Positions 1-11,689 are shown, counted from the stretch's first letter. The stretch is 64,000 nt of DNA from Dicyema japonicum (GCA_011109175.1 RDEW01000016.1:357516-421515), one strand, 5' to 3'. The notes: generated from the sequence alone by a model not told the origin. Numbers and translations are program-made.

Positions 1-617
1 AGAAGTAGAGATAAGTCAAAGAAATCAGCAATCAATATCAAATTAAAACTTTTTTTTACTTCCGATAGAAAATCATCAATGTCCTTCTGTGAATAACCAT
101 AACGTGAGTTAAATCCAAGCATATATGACATTGGGTTCCTCATTCTATCATCTAGTTGGGTTTGATAATAAAATTCTGGATTTTTGAAGAATTCTGATAT
201 TTCACGTGTTTTTGATACGTAATAATTATAAAATGAAATATATTGACGAAAGGGATTCCTCAAAATTGTAAAGAAAAATGCATTTGGTTTTACAATTTCC
301 TGAATACTTGTTTTATTAAATCTTGTATGAAAGAATAACATGTCAAATGGTTTCATTTCCACATGTCTGACATTTTTTGCACTAAAAAATGATGTTGATT
401 TACCAAAATGAGTTCCTTCATTCGATGGTACAGCTATTGCCAAATTATGACTACGAGCATATCGGTCGAGAATGTTGACGATAGAAGAGCTCGCACATTT
501 TAGAGTCTTTAAAAAGACAATTGTGGACCTTTTGTTAGGTTTATATCTTTCTGAGATCTTCAATACAAGTAGAACTAATACAAATAGAATTACAAGACAG
601 AATATACGATTCCTCAT
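1..617 (-). CDS. Galactose-3-O-sulfotransferase (GAL3ST family), 5' part; ORF runs off the window start
   Basis: Hand translation from ATG at 617 is open to base 1, which explains its absence from the ORF track. Sequence: MRNRIFCLVILFVLVLLVLK (type II anchor)...IVFLKTLKCASSSIVNILDRY (5'-PSB-like)...FTILRNPFRQYISFYNYY (3'-PB-like)...FNLILIADFFDLSLL. Confidence 0.85.
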   Translation of the reverse strand, partial: MRNRIFCLVILFVLVLLVLKISERYKPNKRSTIVFLKTLKCASSSIVNILDRYARSHNLAIAVPSNEGTHFGKSTSFFSAKNVRHVEMKPFDMLFFHTRFNKTSIQEIVKPNAFFFTILRNPFRQYISFYNYYVSKTREISEFFKNPEFYYQTQLDDRMRNPMSYMLGFNSRYGYSQKDIDDFLSEVKKSFNLILIADFFDLSLL

Positions 618-906
618 TACTGTGAACGATCAACAATGGGATATTTAAATATTAACAAACATCAATCAATAATTTTATTATCAATATGCCTTGATTAATT
701 TAACATTACTGTTCTTAAAATAAAGTGATTTCTGCCTAAGGTGGATTTAAGTTATAGAAACAGTACTTATTCCTTGCCGGAAGGTCTGTGTTTTTTACTA
801 TCAAATATATTTGTTTCATTTTTTACTTTTATTGTTATGTCCATTCAGATGTGTTCAAATAATTCAGTCACATAGTCATAACTCATTATCTGAAAATAAA
901 TATACT

Positions 907-1055
907 GTTACTATGAACTTTTACAGTTACTATGAACTTTTACAGTTACTATGAACTTTTACAGTTACTATGAACTTTTACAGTTACTATGAACTTTTAC
1001 TGTTACTATGAACTTTTACTGTTACTATGAACTTTTACTGTTACTATGACCTTTC
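907..1055. repeat. 19-bp minisatellite (GTTACTATGAACTTTTACA/T), about 7.8 copies
   Basis: Head-to-tail units at 907, 926, 945, 964, 983, 1002, 1021 and a partial unit at 1040; no spacers. Confidence 0.95.
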
Positions 1056-1377
1056 GTTAATGAAAAATTCAAATAATAATTATGAAATGATGAAAAACTG
1101 GAATAATAGTCATGGAAACGTCTCAGTTGTGTTAATGTTACAAATAAAACACTTGGAAATATTAAGGATGCAAATATAATATCTGGCTTGAATTCTGCGA
1201 CTGTGGCCAGTGTGACCCGACGTTTTACGGAGGACTTTGTATTCTGCTTTAACAACCCAGAAGATGCTAGCTTATTTGAAAAGGATCTTAATGCAAAGTT
1301 GCCTTTTGGGGATAATGGACACAAACGTCACGAACTAAGTTACCACATTCGGAAATTATATTAAAAAATTTACTAAC

Positions 1378-1668
1378 GTGGGTAGAATGAATACCTCGCT
1401 ACTATTATTAAAAAACGTGGCAAAAACCATGGCAAAACTAATAATAGAAAACCGTGGAGAAGCTCAGTCTTTAATTAGACTTGGTTTTAAAATTGTTTTC
1501 TCACAAGTTACAGCTGAATGGTTTAAAAAACCTAAAATTCAATGCTTTCGCTGCAAGTTATTCGGTCATATTGCTCGTTTCTGCAAAAACGTTGAAAAAC
1601 GCTTTGAAATTGTCATTGTCCACCACAATGCTCATTGTTTGACAGTCGTATCTGATTTGTTTATTTGA
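1378..1668 (+). mobile_element. LINE ORF1/gag-like remnant with CCHC zinc knuckle
   Basis: IQCFRCKLFGHIARFCKNVE, resembling FCKNVERC in the gag remnant at 14.5 kb. Confidence 0.55.
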
Positions 1669-2174
1669 TAAAAATTAATTTAAAAAATCACAAACGACCA
1701 ATATTGATTATCTACAGAGACGACGAGCATTAACCAGCACGTTTAATTAATTTATCAAACAGAATTTTGTTAACATAATGAACAACATCCTCCAATAGAA
1801 TGGATTTCGTCAATCGTTTCAGTGTGGATGTCATTTTCCCGGGAGTCGTCTGGTCAGACTAGTCCATATTTATGTTTTATTCACGTTATGATCACAAAGT
1901 CCGAATTATTTGTTTATTTGCAGTTTATGGTGGCATGTGTTTATTATAGTAGTAATCTTGTTATTGGGTTGGTGTCAAAGATGTAAACACGGAGGACATC
2001 TGGATCACATGACACAGTGGTTTGAAACTAACACTTACTGTCATTCTGGATGGGCATAATAATGTTCGCATTTTCCGAGGAGCCATATCCGTTATAGCTT
2101 CCCACAGGCAGAACACACACTTTATTTTAAGCAAAGAACAGTTATTATAACTAATCGTAGAGGGAGAACCAAGG

Positions 2175-2386
2175 AATGCTCTTCACTTTTTGTTTTCTTT
2201 TTCTAGGTTGTGTGTCCTTTTAGACAATCCAGTCTCGCAGTGAATCTCCACTGATGACGGCGTCACTCGTCAAGCCCTTTTAGCATCGTAGATTCGTGGA
2301 ACCTTCTATTAGGTGAACAGCAGCGAGAATCGAACCCGTGACCTGAGCCAATTTAGCCCGACACCTAACCACATTCCATCCGGCTG
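2175..2386 (-). mobile_element. tRNA-derived SINE (tRNA-Ile-like head plus shared 3' tail)
   Basis: Minus strand 2386-2318 reads CAGCCGGATGGAATGTGGTTAGG...GCTAAATTGGCTCAGGTCACGGGTTCGATTCTCGCTGCTG, with an A-box-like segment and B-box GGTTCGATTC. Segment 2175-2276 is similar to 36182-36278. Confidence 0.6.
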
Positions 2387-2699
2387 GATGGGCATGATTG
2401 TACAAATTAATTATATTCAGGACAATTTTAGTATTTATTATTTTTATTCATAGTTCTACCAATTATAGAAATCGGTGATTCATTATTTATATAATAATAA
2501 AAAATAAACGTGTGTTTCTTGTGTGGTTGATTGTATGTCTGCTCTCTCAAGTACGGAACAATTCTTGTTGCCCTTCCTACTTATTTGATGGAAGAAAATA
2601 CACGATCCGAAGTAGGACATTTGGCTTCAGGGCTGCATGAACACTCTGAGGTTAAAAAATGTCAAGAAATTGCTTTAGAGAGGGATTTCTAAAAACGAT

Positions 2700-3590
2700 A
2701 ATGTTAAAGTTGTAAGTTCCCCACAAAGTAATTTGTTCTTGATACTCCCACAAAAATTCTGTATATAGATAGTGTGTGGAGTTGAAGATTCATTCAGAAT
2801 TGTTCGGATGATTGCACGGGATGCAAGGGCTCCGACCCGGAAAATCCCTTTCAGGATAGTCAGAACCGATGTGCTTACTGCATTTAATGCAGCCATTGCA
2901 AGTTATATTGCTGTTCAACGACCCAGGAATCTTAACGAAGTAACAGACATTATATATGAAATATGACGTTTTACGTGGAAGTTACAAACATCAAGTGAAT
3001 GGAAGGTGAATACTGAATAGAAAATAGCCGCACTTAAGGAAAATTTGTGTCTCTTTAGTGACTTTGAGACTAAAAGAGGATAAAGAAAGAATGATGAATA
3101 TACTTGCTTCTTATGGATATAAGAAAACACAAAAGGGAGAATTTACCATAGTAGTTGCAGCAATTATAAAAAAAATTAGAGTACTGGAAAAAAGACTCAC
3201 AATTCATGAGTCGAGGATAGCATTCAGGAATTATGTGTTCGAATTAAACAGAAGGGGATTCTATCGAAGTCTTACCGGTGATACTCAGCATACTGTGTGT
3301 GAAGTGGGAAAAGATGAGTGTTTATCTTTTTGGGAACCGTGTGGGAAAAAGCTGAAATCCAGAGATCTTTCAACGTTGTCGAAAAATGTACAACTGGAGT
3401 GGAAGAGTCCCTAGTGGATATAACACCTGACTTTATCAAGAACATAATTGAATGTTCACCTAATTGGAAATCATCTGGCTGCGATGGTGTCTATATTTTT
3501 TAGTCAAGAAATTTGAGGCCCTTCACGATATTTTGTGTGATGAGCTATTGAAAATTGTTGGTGGGGAATATTCACCGGACATGTGGTTTA
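2700..3590 (+). mobile_element. Degenerate R4/Dong-like non-LTR element, N-terminal part
   Basis: TRKIPFRIV, FELNRRGFYRSL, FWE and PNWKSSGCDGVYIF parallel motifs of the 8122-11305 element; frameshifted. Confidence 0.75.
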
Positions 3591-3924
3591 ACACCTGAGT
3601 TTTTTATTTTCAAGTGCGTGTTTTTATTAATAGTATAGATATGAAAATATTATGTAACGTTATGTAATAGAGATTAACATCATTGTACTTAGAAACTGGT
3701 TATGCAATAATCAAAAATTCTCCTTTATCAGAAACCACCATTGATACTCAGTCCCAATTCCTTGACTAATATTAAACGATCCACCGTCTTTGGCTTTCAT
3801 CAAACAAAGGAATATCATGTTTACGAAAAAAATCGCTCTTCTCATTAAACTGAAAAAATCTCAACTTGGTCTATTTAAATAGACCTGTTGCTTGGAAAAG
3901 AAAGACACTTCTAATTCCGACTGT

Positions 3925-3995
3925 GAAAAATGGATATACCTTAATTAGACGCTAATTCATTCTCTTTCTGATATATCCGAGGTTATTAAATAAAT
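3925..3995 (+). mobile_element. 3' terminus of the Ingi/Vingi-like short-element family
   Basis: gtgaaaaatggatataccttaattag...tccgaggttattaaataaa resembles the 3' end at 44810-44888. Confidence 0.5.
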
Positions 3996-4186
3996 TAGTT
4001 GTACATACACTTCCAAATAATACGAAACATTGTGTCGTGCCAGGATGAATCGTTGACTCATAGGTGACCTGTTTGACGTGAACGTTCAGCTAGAAGGCCA
4101 ATATTTGTGTTATTAAATAAAATGACTACATAAACCTCCAAATAATAAGAAGCATAAGGACGAATCATATATTTATTAAATTTAAA

Positions 4187-4883
4187 TTATGTGATGTTAT
4201 TTTTAATCAATGCATTCCATCCATTGATTTCACTTGATAAACAGCCAAATATTTGTTTCTGCTTTGCTCGCTTGCTAAAATAGAATAAAGCTTTCATTTC
4301 CTCTACGGGTTCCCATTTCGCATTCCAGTCCCCGGCAATAAACAATAAGTATGATGAACAGAGGTCTGTTAATGTCATTACCAATTCCTCGTTAGAACAG
4401 GTCATGTTCTTCCGGATTTTTTAGAATACGTCCACTGTGTGGTGCGTAAACGTTTTCAAATGTGATTAGTCTCCTCGAATTTCTGCTTGATCTTGTACGT
4501 ATTTGTAAGACACTGATTCTGTCATTGCCAGTAACCATATACTCTGGGAATATAGTCCTTGTGTATGTAAAGGCTTGTCCATAATGCATCGATTCCAAAG
4601 GAAGCAATAGTAACCTGTAATTTGTATGTGATTCATTGAGTCCATTTTTTATTTTAGTCTCCTGCAGGCAGCATATAGAATCCAGGTATTTCTCAACATC
4701 GGAAAATAGAAGCTGCCTCTTAGCCACGTTATTCACGCCTCTGACCTTGAAGGTTAGGATAGTCAGGTCATTAAATTGTTCTGAATCCTTTGCAGACATA
4801 TGTGAAGAGAAGTATGTCACAATCTCAACCAAAAAGAACTCCCGAATATCCTTTTCGCATAGTTGACAACCATTGAGATCCAC
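4187..4883 (-). mobile_element. RTE-like LINE remnant, apurinic endonuclease domain
   Basis: LTFKVRGV, ICCLQETKIK, HYGQAF, NVYAPHS, FIAGDWNAKW; split over two ORFs. Confidence 0.75.
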
Positions 4884-5109
4884 TTGATCCTGTCACCTGA
4901 TCGACTCTCAGTGATTAATGCTTTGAAGGACAGTCGATGAGCAGGAACATTTCTCACAGTAGATCTTATGCTAGTTCCATTGGCATCATGTATTCCTGAA
5001 GATATACTTCTAATTTGTTTCTATCTTCAATATTCTCTGTAAGACGGCCCTAAGGATTTGTTTGCAAACTGTGAAAACAGACATATACACCACCACTAGA
5101 ACAAAAATA

Positions 5110-6520
5110 TATTATATAAAATAAATAATAATGTAATCACATTATTATTAATTAAAGATGAAATATGAAAATTTAAGTGACGCAAATTTTGAACAGTCGT
5201 TGAATATGCCTCCGTTTCATGGAGATTCGCGCTATCGGAGTCTATGGTCCAGAGTCAACTCAATACACCAGAATACAATCAGTATGCTTTGCTCACGTAA
5301 TGGATCAACAGTCGACCCACTACTCATGGAAGCTAAGATCCGTAGTCGTGGCTCCGGATTTCTTCGCGTCTGTGAGGAAGATGGAAACCCGCTTCGCCTA
5401 ATCCTTTCCATGGAGAGAAAACCGATTGGATAAGAAATTCTCCTCCCCGATCGGATTCCTCTGCAAGACCGAGAGAATGCTCTTCCAGAAAGTAGTGGGA
5501 CAATGGAAGATCACAGACGTCGAATGGCACAATTGATTGCGAGGACTAGGATCACCTAACTGTTTGACTCTTTTGACTTTCTTTCTCGGTGTTCCCGAGG
5601 TTATTAAAATAAATAAATTTAGCTTACCTGAACATTCACCTTGTAAGCTTAAATGTACGAAAAATGATATAGAATTTTCAATAGTATTTTCCATTACACC
5701 ACATAATAAGTTTTATTTTTATTGGGATTAAGATTGTTTTCTAATGATACAGATGTGTTTACCAAACTCCGAGAATTTCGACTAACGGTATCATAACAGC
5801 TGTGAAAAGTTATATAAATTCCTAATTATGGAACTATAAAAATAAAAGATATGAAAGTGCAATTATTAAAAACAGATAATAGTACAATATTTACTGAAAA
5901 TGGTTACTTATAATAACCGATATTTGGCACTTGGATGTGATTTTGAAAGAAATTTCGTATTCAAGTCAACAACACATTTGAAAATTAAAAAAACTACAAC
6001 CAGCAGTTATAAGAAGTACTGTCAACTCTCATGCAATTAGAAATATCTATTTAAATCTAGAAGACAAATATTTAATAGCCGTTTGTGTGATTTGCTGAAT
6101 TGTTGTAATATTTGCAGTGTCTTACATAATAAAATATAAAAATGTTATTATCCATTACAAATTGGAGTATTCAATTGTTAACATTATAATAATGATTTGA
6201 AAATTATCTTTATAATAAGGATTATAAATTTCGAAGTAGTTGTTAGCCAGAGATTTATGCGTGATGTAGCTCTTAGATAGAAATGTGTTTATTATTTAAA
6301 GATATGATCTCTGTACAATTAGCTCTAACGAAAGAAGAAACCTTATATGCTCTAACTTAAGAAAAAGATTCCTCTTGCCATCCACGGATTTATTCCTCAT
6401 TGTTTTATAATTATGAATTTCTCATCACATAATTTATTTATATTAAAAACATCTCTCTTTACCTACTTTTACCTATTTGGACTATTTATTAGGATTTGTA
6501 GCGAAATTTGTTTTTAATTA
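5110..6520 (+). pseudogene. Disrupted paralog of the membrane-protein locus at 59188-60300, interrupted by a LINE 3' fragment
   Basis: Collinear similarity to the 59.4-60.3 kb locus (KYENLSDA, gtaagcttaaatg..aaaaatgatatag, GCDFERN, YYPLQIGVFN and downstream non-coding sequence), with stops and frameshifts. Confidence 0.6.
5200..5615 (+). mobile_element. 5'-truncated Ingi/Vingi-like LINE, 3' end
   Basis: The peptide resembles the C-terminal region of the 16931-19850 element. It ends in the hairpin CTCGG-TGTTC-CCGAG followed by GTTATTAAAATAAATAAA. Confidence 0.6.
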
Positions 6521-8121
6521 CTCACTAAGTTCTCATTCAAATGAAGTCGTCAATAAAATGAATGCTCGCGGATTCTTTCTGAACGGTCACGTATAGGAGA
6601 ATTAATTATGTTCATTATTGGCGCGACCTGAAAATTGGCGATTTTCTTCAGAAATCAGTCCCCATCTACTTTCCGTGAAGGTACAAGAGCAAACATTTCC
6701 GGGATTCGGGGGTCCCACGATTAGCAATGAAGAAGACGGAGAAGGTAATCTGGTGAAAGGATTATAGAGAATTAATTTTTCGACCTTTTCTATTCTGGAA
6801 ACTAGACCACGTACTCCCAATTTCAAAAATTGATCATCAAATATCATTTCAATTTCAGTAATGAAATACTGAAAGTAAATTATCATTTTTAGTCGACCAA
6901 AAGTTATACAGATGAGTTTCTAGCGCCTTGTGTTAAAGCAATACAACATTCGAAAGAATTTGATGCTAGACTTACAGAATTTTATACTATTCTTCACTAA
7001 AAGGTTTTCAATCCATGTTATTGATTTTTTGGTATATTAAAGTTAAAATCTTTTTTGGTAGCGTTCATGATTTTAGAGCAAACTGGTCTCATCTGAGAGG
7101 ATGGCAATCACCGTGACGGGATGACAACATTCACTTTTGCAAATGGTCGTAACCTGATTTGGCATGCGAAGTATGTTGAGACCAACAGTCAGACAAAATT
7201 TTGCCACTTTAGTCTCGAACCAGGTTCATGCTTCTATGCAAGTCGAGGATCAGAAGAGAAGGAAGTATCTAAGCATTTCAGAGAATCACATATTTATCAC
7301 ATTTGATGTTAGACGTCAGGAATCTTTAGAACATAAGCGACGATCGTGCTAGATTCTAGCCCGTTGGAGCGGCTCGATGATCGAAATGGTCAACAAGTAT
7401 CCACATCAGACTGGATGATTTCGAGTGCGTATCTCGATGGTTATTTATTTAAAAACCCAAAACCATGGTAAGACAAACTAATTATCACGTGATGCGTTTA
7501 TAAACCACCCTTCTGCAGTTTAGTGCAAATCTTCTGCTATCGGGGGTTTGTATACTACCCCATCTTAGAATTCATCATAGTGATCTTGTACTTTAACTCG
7601 AATCGGAGATTATAGTGAAAAGTTGATGTAAAATGTTAACTGAGACTGGAACAAGTACTTGCGATCATAGGATAAATCTCAGAACAACTGTCAGAAGGAT
7701 TAGTCTTAGATGGTTATTTTGATTTTTGAAAATTATGTGTTTTTTAATTATTTTCTGATAAAAAGAAGTTTATTTCGAAAACGTTTATTTCGTTAAATGT
7801 ACCTAACCAATGGCCAACTAACTACTTCAAAATTGATAGCATAATATGAGAGATGTGTCTAGTACTTTTTATAATATGTCACGTACGTGGTATCGGCCCA
7901 CACATGGTCAATGATTTTAATCAATTAAAAAAATAATTATATATTTTTGTTCTATGTTGGATAAGGATTACAAATATATATTTTTATTTTAAAATAATCA
8001 TTTTTTTAATTTTTTTGAAAAAAATAAAATTGAAGAATGGGTACAGTATCAAAATACTTAGTTTTTAATATAAAAAACCTTAAAACAAAACAAACAATAG
8101 TCATATCATCTAATTAATGTA

Positions 8122-11097
8122 TCAACTTCTGGTCTCTCCGACCAGGCCAGCACCCACCGGGACTCTCTCGGTAGTATCTCCGCTTCCCTTCCTATTTTCT
8201 GGATCATCCAACTCTTTATCAGTGTCGCGTCGCCTCTTTCCCAAATTGCATCCAGTAAGAGGATTCTTCATCATTTCCCAATTATTGTTAATCGCCATCG
8301 TTATTTGTTCAAATCCGTGTTTATATTCTACAAGCATGCTCTCTAAAGTCTTCTTCAGCGCAATCGTTTGGATGTACGCTCGGGTGATGGTCGTAATTCC
8401 AATGATGTCCATGTATGATTTGAAATACCTGGAGACAATTCCATCCCAGGTAAGAACAATTGGGAGTATCTTTACTTTGGCTTTGTAAATGATCTCTAGT
8501 TCACTCGCAAGAATGTCGTATTTATGTAGTTTTTCAACTTCGACAGCCTTGAGATTGTCCATTGATGTTACTCCAATTTCAATTAGCCATATTTGGTTCA
8601 TTTTCTTATCGTACAAGAAAATGTCAGGCTTGTTATATTGGACTTTGGACTCCGTTGGAATGGTCGTATCAACTCGGATCTCGGCATGCTGATTTGTGAT
8701 GATGCTTTGAATAGAATGTGACTTCAATTTTTTGGATTTTTTAAATCCAAATTTTCTAGATAAATGCATGTGAATGCATTTAACTATTTCATTGTGTCGT
8801 CTTGTATAGTCTGAGTTTAGCATTCTGTTACACCTCGTAGCCAAATGATCGACAGTTTTTTTCGAGGAATTACAATGTGGACATTTTAGACCAAGATCCC
8901 GGAAAAAGATATTCCTATCTTGCAAAAGAAAGAACATCGCTTCAGACTTGGGAGAAATATTTCCATTTGTGATCCATGTAGACGATGATTTTATGTCAAA
9001 TGTATCATTCTCAAGTGATTCAAATAATATTGAATGTAGGCTTTTCTTTTTGATGATAGACAGGAGAGAGTTAATCTGTGAACTCTTTAGATTCTCCACA
9101 ATGTCCATGGTTGGGCCCATTTGGTATTTTACCCGCAGGAATTCTGTGATTGTGGCCATATGTGTTTTTCTTAGCTGTTCGGCCCACAGAATTCCAGCTT
9201 TTCTCAGAGAAATCTTTTTCCGCCTTTCAAGGCTTGTTTTAAACTCAAGTAGCATTTTTTCTGACTTAAAAGTAACTGATATCAGCCCTCTTCCCAGCGT
9301 ACTCCTTGGTAAGTATAATCTTTCCTTGGAAGCCGGTTTCATATGAATACCCAAACGCATAAGTAATTTTCTGACTAATCTATCAAATTCCTCATATTCA
9401 CCGGGTTCCATCTCGAGAAGACCAATATAATAATTAAAAAGGGATAGAGCATGTTCATTTATGGCTTTAAACAAATTGACCGAATTCAATTTCGTTTTTG
9501 ACAGTTTTTCAATACGATCTTGCACCTCCTCTTTGATATTTTTAAGTACAACTTCTTTAACTACTTTGCTGGAATTGTCTTCTAACACCCCCAAATAGCG
9601 ATAACTATCCACTCCATCCATTAGTTTAGCATCATTCGATAGTAAATAACTATTTGTTGCGGACTTTTCAAAATTCTTTTCTAAGCCGGACAATTTAAAG
9701 TAAGCATTCACATCTTTCATCATGCATGCCAGTGTCCCTTCCTCTTTTGCCAAAAGTTTCAAATCATCGATGAATAAGAAATGATTCGCAGAAAAAGTAA
9801 AAGAATTAGATTCAGCAGTATTGATAGACATGCTCGGATATTTTGCAGACAACATTCTGCTTAGTGGATCCAAAACAAATACAAATAATTGAGGTGATAG
9901 AGAGTCACCTTGGAGTATTCCACGTTCAATATTAATCGTTCCCAATATCTTTTTCCCCAATCTTAATGACACACGCCAGTTTGGAATTATTGATATTACA
10001 AACTTGGTTATCCATTCTGGTAGTCCCGAGTTTTCCAGGATTTTAACAAGATACTCGTGACTCACTGAATCAAACGCTTTTCTAACATCAATCCATGCAC
10101 AGAATAGTTTGTTTTCATGGGCTTTGTTAACGCATCTGTTTAAAAGTGCGAGTTCTTTTGCTCCTTGACAATGTCGTTTAGTTCCAAGCTGGTACTCTGT
10201 TATCAAATTGTAAGTGTCGGCATATATGGCAATTTTTTCGTTCACACTCTTTGTAACCAGCTTGTATAAGCATGGCATGCATGTAATCGGTCTAAGGTCC
10301 TTGGGGTCAATAGAGTCCTTCTTCTTTGGGATTAGGTATGTAATCCCCGTATAAAACCATCTTTTCGGTTGACTTTTCCCACTAATGATATCTCTGATCT
10401 CTTTAAATAAATATTGATGAAGAGAATCCAACTTCTTGATAAAGAAGTTATATACGCAATCAACTCCGGGGGCCTTCCAATTTGGGAGGTACTCAATTAA
10501 ATTTGATATAAAATTATCGTTTATATCAGATTCTTGCTGTTCAACTCCCGTTATTCTCTTGTTCATTCCAAAACTCAAATCATTTTTATCCCTTTTTTCC
10601 CAAACCTCTGTCCAAAATTTAAAGCATTCGGATGTGTCAAAGCCATCAATGCACTCAATGTCAGAATCTGACTTTAGTTTTCTATAGAATGACCTTCTGT
10701 TCAACTCAAAATTTCGATTATCAGTTCCATATTGTCGCCTCGAGTCTGCAATCGACAACTTTTTGTTTAAAATTCTAATTTGGTCATTTATTGCGGTTGA
10801 TATCCTTTCAAATTCACCCCTTTTGCATTTTTTGTAATTGTAGGAACACAGAATGTCGACTGCTTTTTTCTTTTCCTCGCCTGTAATAGTAGACATAAAG
10901 AAATTTGATATTACTAGATTATTTTCAGCTAAAATTTCAATCTTCTTTTGTATTCTTTGCCTCCAGTTCGATTTGAAAGGTTCCTTCATTGTGATTTGTT
11001 GATATACACACTGAGCAGAGTATATCAAACATGAAATGTCTTCAATACTTGAAGGTATGTTATTCGATGTATATTCGATTAAAGATTTATTTAGCAT
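8122..11097 (-). CDS. R4/Dong-like non-LTR retrotransposon polyprotein (RT, CCHC finger, restriction-like endonuclease), 991 aa
   Basis: PNWKAPGVD, DLRPITCMPCLYK, WIDVRKAFDSV, GILQGDSLSP, FIDDLKL, CPHC...HLATRC, RHN, KPDIFL...IEIG...K..KY. The upstream ORF 11111-11305 joins via one frameshift. Confidence 0.95.
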   Translation of the reverse strand: MLNKSLIEYTSNNIPSSIEDISCLIYSAQCVYQQITMKEPFKSNWRQRIQKKIEILAENNLVISNFFMSTITGEEKKKAVDILCSYNYKKCKRGEFERISTAINDQIRILNKKLSIADSRRQYGTDNRNFELNRRSFYRKLKSDSDIECIDGFDTSECFKFWTEVWEKRDKNDLSFGMNKRITGVEQQESDINDNFISNLIEYLPNWKAPGVDCVYNFFIKKLDSLHQYLFKEIRDIISGKSQPKRWFYTGITYLIPKKKDSIDPKDLRPITCMPCLYKLVTKSVNEKIAIYADTYNLITEYQLGTKRHCQGAKELALLNRCVNKAHENKLFCAWIDVRKAFDSVSHEYLVKILENSGLPEWITKFVISIIPNWRVSLRLGKKILGTINIERGILQGDSLSPQLFVFVLDPLSRMLSAKYPSMSINTAESNSFTFSANHFLFIDDLKLLAKEEGTLACMMKDVNAYFKLSGLEKNFEKSATNSYLLSNDAKLMDGVDSYRYLGVLEDNSSKVVKEVVLKNIKEEVQDRIEKLSKTKLNSVNLFKAINEHALSLFNYYIGLLEMEPGEYEEFDRLVRKLLMRLGIHMKPASKERLYLPRSTLGRGLISVTFKSEKMLLEFKTSLERRKKISLRKAGILWAEQLRKTHMATITEFLRVKYQMGPTMDIVENLKSSQINSLLSIIKKKSLHSILFESLENDTFDIKSSSTWITNGNISPKSEAMFFLLQDRNIFFRDLGLKCPHCNSSKKTVDHLATRCNRMLNSDYTRRHNEIVKCIHMHLSRKFGFKKSKKLKSHSIQSIITNQHAEIRVDTTIPTESKVQYNKPDIFLYDKKMNQIWLIEIGVTSMDNLKAVEVEKLHKYDILASELEIIYKAKVKILPIVLTWDGIVSRYFKSYMDIIGITTITRAYIQTIALKKTLESMLVEYKHGFEQITMAINNNWEMMKNPLTGCNLGKRRRDTDKELDDPENRKGSGDTTERVPVGAGLVGETRS

Positions 11098-11689
11098 TTC
11101 AATTAAATTGTCAATTTACAAACTGGAAAGGAATCTTCCTTGTTTGACGCCTTTCATCGATTTTCTTTGAACTATTTGCATCAATCTGACTCAATAATTC
11201 TTCAAAGGTTTTATTGTATAAGGCCAAATCAGGTGCCTTATCCATTTTAATTCCAATTTTAGGTATTGTACTATTATTCTGATGACAGGAGACAAGTCTC
11301 TTCAACTCATAAACGGATTTCTTTTTTCCAAATTTAGAATTAAAATAATTGGCTATGAATGGCCACCCTCCTCTAGGTACTCGTTTGAGGCGGTCTTTTA
11401 ATATATAAATTGTTTTTTAATAATAAATAATTTAAATTAATTAAAAATTATTTAGCACTCTTTTATTAACACGCGACTGATGGTTTTGTTGTTCGATTGT
11501 TTCTTCACGATCTGAAAATAATTAAGGAATTTAAAGAATGTTACTTGTTCCCTTCAGATCTGACAATATCTGATAAGAGGCGTTATAAAAGACTTGCCAG
11601 TAGTTTTACGTTTGAAAACGATGTATCATAAATTTACGTATATTTATAATTGTTCATTTGTAGGAAACAAATTATAAAATACGTCTAAG

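Noticed and set aside
907-1055. CRISPR-like array
   Set aside because: The units are contiguous with no spacers, there are no cas genes, and the context is eukaryotic.
2251-2280. Hammerhead or twister ribozyme at CTGATGA (also 36253-36259)
   Set aside because: No GAAA follows a stem II, and the TCAAGCCC segment lacks the rest of the twister consensus.
8117-10687. Plus-strand ORFs 8117-8488, 8489-8692, 8948-9346 and 10436-10687
   Set aside because: Antisense shadows of the 991-aa retrotransposon ORF with no domain features.
11340-11400. HDV-like ribozyme at the 5' end of the R4-like element
   Set aside because: Only a partial, mismatched P1-like pairing; P2, P3 and P4 could not be assigned.
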